DNA of 57,828 bases, counting the filler, from Sphacelaria rigidula (Eukaryota): the NCBI GenBank assembly GCA_964200075.2. It is 9 parts of 9 records of this genome, joined end to end, with 100 filler letters (N's around TTAATTAATTAA, not from the genome) between each part and the next. Parts side by side here need not be neighbours in the genome. Positions count along the whole stretch, not along the records: positions 51,493 to 57,828 come from CAXNAA020020702.1; 8 more parts are not named here. One strand, written 5' to 3'. Below, one piece after another: positions 51,393 to 57,828 of the stretch. Every line of letters begins with the position of its first letter. Within the stretch, counting starts at the first letter, position 1. Under the pieces are notes generated by a model. It worked only from the letters and a program-made list of their open reading frames with translations. It was not told the DNA's origin and searched no databases. Position numbers and translations under genes: made by a program.

Positions 51393-53934
51393 NNNNNNNN
51401 NNNNNNNNNNNNNNNNNNNNNNNNNNNNNNNNNNNNTTAATTAATTAANNNNNNNNNNNNNNNNNNNNNNNNNNNNNNNNNNNNNNNNNNNNAATGTTTT
51501 ATACCCGTTTTTTTTCGACTCCGGGGTGCCAATGGCCCCCCCGAACGATGCGCGTGAAAAACCCGGAGCGGAAACTGTCAAAATGGCGTGTATGGCTGTT
51601 TTCGCGTTTCTGTCCATTTTTTGTACCTTTCCTAGGCAAAAAACGAGAAGGTATACCTTTTCTAGGCAATTGCCCATTCGTGAAACTTGTTAGGGTTTCG
51701 AAGGAATCTGAGATTTGTGAAGGCGGATGACGAATTATAGGATCAGGTCGCGGAGTTGCGGATGACCACACAACAGGATGGTAGGGGTCACTGTGAGAAC
51801 ATTATGCACATCCGCCCACCCTTGCTCAGTTATCTTCAGTTCCCAAGCCCTCAAAAGCACTCCGCGCTCGCCAACGGTGAGCAAGGCAAGAAACAGCCAC
51901 AGGTGCAAGACAGTCAAGTACAGTACAAGTAGTGGTTTTCGAACGTGTTTGAATCAGTTTGGGTACAACACAACATGGCAAAAGCTGCGCGAACACCCAG
52001 GCAAAGGCAAAGACAGCACCTCACAATAGAGTCGGGATCGGCGTCTCAACAGCCACTTCCTTCAACAGGCTGAGCGGCGCTGCCCGCGAGACACGAGATG
52101 TAGGTTTCCATGACGCGGTGTCACTCACCCCGGTGCAGCAGGGGTAGCAGCAACCACCGCGGGAGGTGTGAGGGCAACGGGAGTTGAACCCGCCGACTAC
52201 ACCAATGACCCAACAAACCCAATTTTGAAAATTGAAAAAATATGAAATTCAGCAATTGGGTTTGGTGAGGAATACAGTCAAGGAACGATGAGGGTGGGAG
52301 CGAGGGGGGTGGGAGGAGGAACATACGATACCAGCGCCGAGGCTTGGCTGTGAGGGCGGGCCCTGCTGCTCAGCGGAGGGGCCGATCGAAGAGCTTTTTG
52401 TATCAAACACGGCCGAAGAAGAGCTCGTTGCGTCGATCTTCGTTCACTGACCCGCGCGACAGGTCGGTGGGCATCGCTGGAACAACTCGACTTGGCCCAG
52501 GGGTCCTACACTACTTGGGCGAGGATAGAAGTATCAACGCAGCATGCCTGTAGACACGGAGTAGAAGTACACCCCATCGATAGCACGTTGCCCCAACTCC
52601 TCAATACTGAATGCATGAGTAGTTGACTCAGTTGGGCATATCAACCCGTTGTACCCACGTCGTGGTCGCAAGTTAATCGCTCCGAAGATGGGCGCAAATC
52701 TGGAATTCAGAAAGATCGGTAGGAAGCACCCGCGGTCCAACCATTGACAGTGCACACAATACTCAGCCCCCCCAAAATTGACACACACACAGCAATGCCC
52801 ATCGCCACCAACACTCCCAAGGAACTCTATGCAACACGAAAGTGATGCCCCCCCTCCCCCGCCCAAATATGACCTCAGTTTTGGCTGGCCATCGCTAAAT
52901 ATTGGGCAACGATTGGAACGCCGGGGCACCTGAAAATATTCGGAAGGAACAACAGGAGGAGGATAAAAGCTGCTGCTCGTGTTCTTGTGCACGTCTTGTG
53001 GCAGTATGTTGTGCTTATCGTTCAACTCTATTTTCTCGGCAACGAAGCAGAAGGTTGGACTGGGGTTTGATGCATGCGCTTCCCACACACCAAAACACTT
53101 TACAAACCGCTGCACCGAACATAAGCGAAACCCGAAATGTACTAAAAATGCGTTTCCTGCAACGTTCAGGGGCCTTTCGCATCCGCTGTGGCGAATTGAG
53201 CAACTACGCCGCCACACTGAATAGATCTAGTGTGTGTACGGGGGTCTGTGTAGTGCCACAAGCCGGTTTGCTTCCTGTCTCGATGACTGCGCGAAAAAAA
53301 ATATACAGCTGTCGCATACTAAATCCAGATAACTTGGGATGGAGCATGTGTTGAGCTCGGCAGAGGTTCGGCTGAAGTCCGAACAGTCCATGCCGCCTTC
53401 AACACGTCATCAATATCCCTCCACGTTCATTTAAATTTTTGTGATGGACGGATTTTTGGTCGGAAAGGCATTCATTCACCCTATAACTATGGTGTGTCCA
53501 GACCGTGCAAAAAAAAACAACTCCGACGGAATTGCCTGAGCTGCTGTTCTGATAATGTGATCCGAAAAACAGTGGTCGGCACGCAGTGCCGTCCTGTCGA
53601 AGTTGAAAAAAATGTCATGATATGTGGGATGTTTTGAATTTTCGCAACGAATAGGACGCCTCGTGCCCAGACCCACCATCCCTGTTCTGTAGCTGATACG
53701 ATAAGGGGTGCGTTGAAACCCTGCGAAGACGGCTTGATCTGCGACGGGGATAGTGTGAACTGCTGTACTGTTGTAGGGTCACGGTCGATACACAAGTCCC
53801 GCGACACTGTCAAAATCGTCACCATCATAATCGGATGGATCATCTCTGAAACCAGCAATTGGAATTCGTGCCCACAGTTCTATCCTGTAGTGTCGGTATT
53901 AACTATCAGACAGGGATATAAGTACATTGCTGGA

Positions 53935-54730
53935 GCACCTCTACCTGGGTCGGTGGCTCCTCATTTCTTTCACGGTGAGGCTGGAATTACTGACGCAGCA
54001 TGTAAAAAACAGACGGTCGTACATAGCAAGGATAGCAGGCTTCGTCAATCGTTCAGGACAGGCTCTTGCATGAGTACCTTAGCAATGTAAGGAAGTATTT
54101 CGACCTGGGAGATAAGCCAGTAGGTAGGACACATAGCCTGAAAAATTGACCAAAAACACCACGTCCAGCCTCTAAAATCGGCAGCAACACATCAACTGGT
54201 AGGATCCAATCAACTGCCCCGTACGACCCTGCCCAACTCTGAAAAACACAGTGATAACCCAACCTCAACTAACGTAAAAACAAAACAAAACAAGAGGATG
54301 ACAGCCTAAAAACGCAAAAAAAAGGTCATCTGTACGATGTGCCATAAATCGGGTAGGAAAATCAGCACATTGCTGAAGCACCTTTCCTGGGTCGGCGGCT
54401 CCTCAATTTTTTCACGGTGAGGCTAGAGTTACCGACGCAGCAAGTAGAAAAGAGTCGGCGGTAAATGGTAGGGATAGCAAATTTCGGCAATCGCCCAAAG
54501 TAGTCGCTCGCATGAGTAGCAACGTAGGAAAGCATAGCGGTACAAATTCTGGTGTCGCAACCCGTCGCCCCCACAACGTGCCCACAGGTTCATCGCCCAA
54601 ATTTGGGCGCAACTGGGAATGCCGATAGGACAGTAGGTAAACCACAGTGCTTGAAAACCGACGAAGAAAACAACATCCCGCCTCTAAATCCGGCAGTAAC
54701 ACATCAACCTGCACGTTTCAAGCATTTGCT
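53935..54730 (+). repeat. Two diverged direct repeats (~440-bp spacing) upstream of the DIRS-like remnant
   Basis: cacct.t.cctgggtcgg.ggctcctca.tt.tttcacggtgaggct at ~53936 and ~54379; cctctaaa.cggcag.aacacatcaac at ~54169 and ~54681. Confidence 0.7.
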
Positions 54731-54919
54731 CCGTTCGACTCGGTACAGCTCCAAAAAACACAGTGAGATCCCAATCCCGACCGACGTTGACACCAGTAGG
54801 ATAACACCCTGAAAAAAAAATGTACCGTAAATCGGGGAAGAAAATCAGTAACACTGCCCCTCCATACCCCGACAAGCGTACCGGTCGGAATAAACCCGAG
54901 TGCGAGTACCAGTACTTTG

Positions 54920-55460
54920 AAAGAAGAAGAAGCGAGGACAATTCTTTGTGACCCTACGTCTATAGTCGTAAAAGACCCGAGTGTGGATACAAGCCGTGTG
55001 TAGACCCAGAATGGGTCAATCGAAGCGCGTGCCATTACCCGGAGAGAAGAAGAAGCGAGGTCATTTCCTCGTCACCCCACGTCTATAGTCGGAAAAGATC
55101 TGAGTGTGGATGGATACAAGCCGAGTGCAGACCCCAAAAGGGTCAATCGAGGCGTGTACCAATACGCGGAGAGAAGAAGCGAGGTCATTTCCTCGTCAAC
55201 CCCCGACTATAGTCAGTACAGTTCCGATTTGTAGTACAAGCCGAGTGCAGACCCCAAAACGGGGCAATCGAAGCGCGTACCATTACCCGGAGAGAGGAAG
55301 AAGCGAGGTCATTTCCTCGTCACCCCTCGGCATCAGTCGGGATAAACTCGAGTAATAGTGCACGCCGAGTGCAATAACAGAAAAGGTCAATCGAAGCGCG
55401 TACCGACAGCCAATGAGAAGAAGCGAGGTCATTCCCTCGCCAACCCCAACCAATAGTGCT
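54920..55460 (+). repeat. ~124-bp minisatellite, about 4.5 units
   Basis: agaagaagcgaggtcatttcctcgtca.ccc...acaagccgagtgcagacccca...gtcaatcgaagcgcgtacc with unit starts near 54922, 55045, 55170, 55295 and 55416. Confidence 0.85.
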
Positions 55461-55629
55461 TGACGATAAAAACCTGAGTAAGATGGATATGTACGACGGG
55501 TCGACGTCTTCAACGTCTCGCGCAGGGTCACAACAAAAACACGGAAACACGATGGAAAGATTGCGAATACATTGTGAAAACAAGAAAGATCGTTCGACAG
55601 CACCACAAGAATTATCCAAAAGAAAACCT

Positions 55630-56210
55630 ATCATTGAAGAAATGGCAACGACATGCACAAAATTAATGAGACTGTACAACGGGAACCTTGGAGACGTAGC
55701 GGGAAGGCTCAGCGGCACTCTGGTGTCACCGCCGATAAACCTCCGTGAAGTCCAACATCATTTTGGAGAAATAAACGTTTCCCGGAAATAGAAAACGAAA
55801 ACTTTTGCACATACCACGATCTACTTATAAAACCAGATTGCGAACACAATATATATATTTATATATCCAAAACAAAATCTATCATTGAAGAAATGGCAAC
55901 GACATGCACAGAATTAATGAGACTGTACAACGGGAACCTTGAAGACGTGGCGGGATGGCTCGGCGGCACTCTGATGTCACCGCCGATAAACCTCCGCGAA
56001 GTCCAACATCATTTTGGAGAAGTAAAACGTTTCCCGGAAATAGACGAACTTACGAACATTGAAGAAATGGCAACGACATGCACAAAGTGAATGAGAATGT
56101 AGAACGGGAACCTTGGAGACGAAGCGAGAAGGCTCGGCGGCACTCCGGTGTCACCGCCAATGAACCTCCGTCAAGTCCACCACCATTTTGGAGAAGTTGA
56201 ACGTTTCCTT
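55630..56210 (+). repeat. Three ~150-bp direct repeats of a coding-like segment (EEMATTCTKLMRLYNGNL...HHFGE)
   Basis: attgaagaaatggcaacgacatgcaca starts at 55633, 55884 and 56058. Confidence 0.88.
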
Positions 56211-56279
56211 TTGTTGGGTACGTCTGTCATAAGACCACGGCTGGACCCCTGGGGGATCAGTTATAGCGACAATTAATCA

Positions 56280-57160
56280 ATCAGGACATTTCCCGAAAAT
56301 AGACAATCTTACGACCATACTCGAACACGGTGTACCGATAGACACGACAGATACTGCTCCGGACTTGAGACGAGCACTCGAATGTCTGTACTCATCCAAA
56401 GATAAAAAAAAATGGCGAGTGGTTGAAACACGAATGGCCCCAGGACGGGCCGCATGCTTCCGTCGCTGACCTACTGAGTTTGGCCGAAAAGTGTGGAACC
56501 TCACCTAGGTTGTCCAAGCCGGTGAATTATTGTGTTTGGCAGTTGTTACGAGTATCCAGTCTACACCAAGCCAGTCGTGGAAAACAGGACATAAGAAAAC
56601 AACTAACGCTTGGGTGGAAATTCCATGGTGATGTATCTTGGTGGAAATTGGCAATCGATAATCCATTACTTGACCAAGGAGAAGCGCTTAGCGCCTCCCG
56701 GTTTTCCCAGGTTGATAGGCCGGCCTCACGACGCTATTGTACGGACGCCAGCTTCAGTGCTGTTGGAGGATACTACCTAGAGTTGAAGATGTCCTGGCGA
56801 TACATCTTCCCACCGCCTTAACATCGGAACTAGTTCGAAAAGCAAAACGTCATGGAAATCTATTTCTTCACGATCAATCTTGTAGAATTGTGCGGTATGA
56901 TGATGACGGCGTGCGTTAACCAGATAGATGTTTCTTCGGGAAAAATCCGTATGACCGGGAGAACAAGTATTGATGCGGGGCGACAACGCCTCAGCAGTAT
57001 AGTGGGTGAACCAATGTGGGGGTTCGAGACAGACGTGCTGGTCCCCTCATCAAAATGATGGGTCGCATGGAAATTACATCTAGATGGTGTCCAGTAGCAA
57101 AACACACTCGAGGTATTGACAATGTCCTGGCCTACAGAATTTCGAGATGGACTGCGGAAC
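56280..57160 (+). pseudogene. Decayed DIRS/Ngaro-type retrotransposon pol: RT largely deleted, RNase H remnant
   Basis: In order across frameshifts: LTTILEHGVP, DVSWWKLAI, YCTDASFSAVGG, TINLVELCGM, GDNASAV*WVNQCG, HTRGIDNVLA. This is the DIRS1-type RNase H pattern TDAS..G.G / IN.LEL / DN..A..W / H..G..N..AD. Confidence 0.78.
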
Positions 57161-57454
57161 AAGTTCAGTGACAGGCGAACAGGGCTTGAAATAGTACGAC
57201 ATCGGTCCCCGGGGGAAAAGTACATTCAACGTGAACCTCTAAAAACTGCTGCCGAAAAGATGACGAGACGATGAGTTGTGGTCAGTCATCAGAGAAGATA
57301 TGAATGAACAAAGGATACAATCGCCACTTGCGCCGCCCCGTTTGGCATCATACCTTCCTTCCCCCATTTTCTGTCCCCCTCAATTCTCACCAGGAGAACA
57401 CGGTCACTTACATTATGGCAAGAGCTAGTACGAACGTTAGCTCTCGCGTCCGTA

Positions 57455-57670
57455 GGTGGTAGAACCAAGAAGGTTTACATGGGGCAATGCGAGACATCGG
57501 TAAAATGGAAAGAAGCTCGGGGTGAGCAGGCCTTCTCACGAGGAGAAGATGGAGAGCTGGCTGCAGTGATCTACCCCCCTCACTACGGTCATTGCGAGTA
57601 GGGTTTTCTGCCACGGAATCCAGAGCTCAACGTACGTCAGAGCTGAAGGGGAGGGAGCGCACACAGTTCG
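57455..57670 (+). pseudogene. Possible remnant of the tyrosine-recombinase N-terminal domain of the same element
   Basis: TKKVYMGQCETSVKWKEARG...CHGIQSSTYV loosely fits the T...Y...W..W..W and G...ST pattern. Its position after RNase H fits DIRS/Ngaro gene order. Confidence 0.35.
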
Positions 57671-57828
57671 TTTCGGAAGTACGAACACGAAGCTAACGAG
57701 AACGGTCTGACAAAAAAAATCGAAGGAGCGCAGCCTATCGGCGGAGCGCAGCTTATCGGGCCGCCTGACGGGGGAAGTTTTGACCACCCCCGAAAAAAAG
57801 GGGTCGGGTCAACAACCAAGAACAGAAA

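Noticed and set aside
54920..55460. CRISPR-like array
   Set aside because: The sequence between the conserved blocks is also homologous from unit to unit (no unique spacers), there are no cas genes, and the context is eukaryotic. It is a minisatellite.

Overview
Eukaryotic, intron-rich and repeat-rich DNA, probably a brown alga (Phaeophyceae); this is inferred from short exons in kb-scale introns, a flagellar-type gene and the repeat landscape. It is not one locus. It is nine unplaced contigs of 6337/6336 bp, sorted by length and joined by artificial 100-bp spacers (44 N + TTAATTAATTAA + 44 N), so adjacency across spacers is meaningless and most of the ORF track is noise. Gene fragments recovered by splicing by eye: XPF/ERCC4 nuclease (2 exons), a DM10 + EF-hand EFHC/RIB72-like protein (4 exons, one GC-AG intron), a ZU5-like domain exon, a probable LYAR first exon, and VPS72/YL1 (4 exons). 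Mobile DNA includes a decayed LINE and fragments, an RTE-like LINE 3' end, a decayed DIRS/Ngaro-like retroelement, two tRNA-derived SINE families, several MITEs (one nested insertion has its empty site in the window), and a high-copy non-autonomous element that shares the LINE's C-tailed 3' end. The most interesting observations are a ~280-nt intronic hairpin built around the LINE 3' tail (candidate small-RNA precursor), the C-tailed LINE/partner pair apparently targeting C-tracts, and a triplicated exon-intron junction in VPS72. I found no convincing novel multi-gene system and no CRISPR or rRNA.
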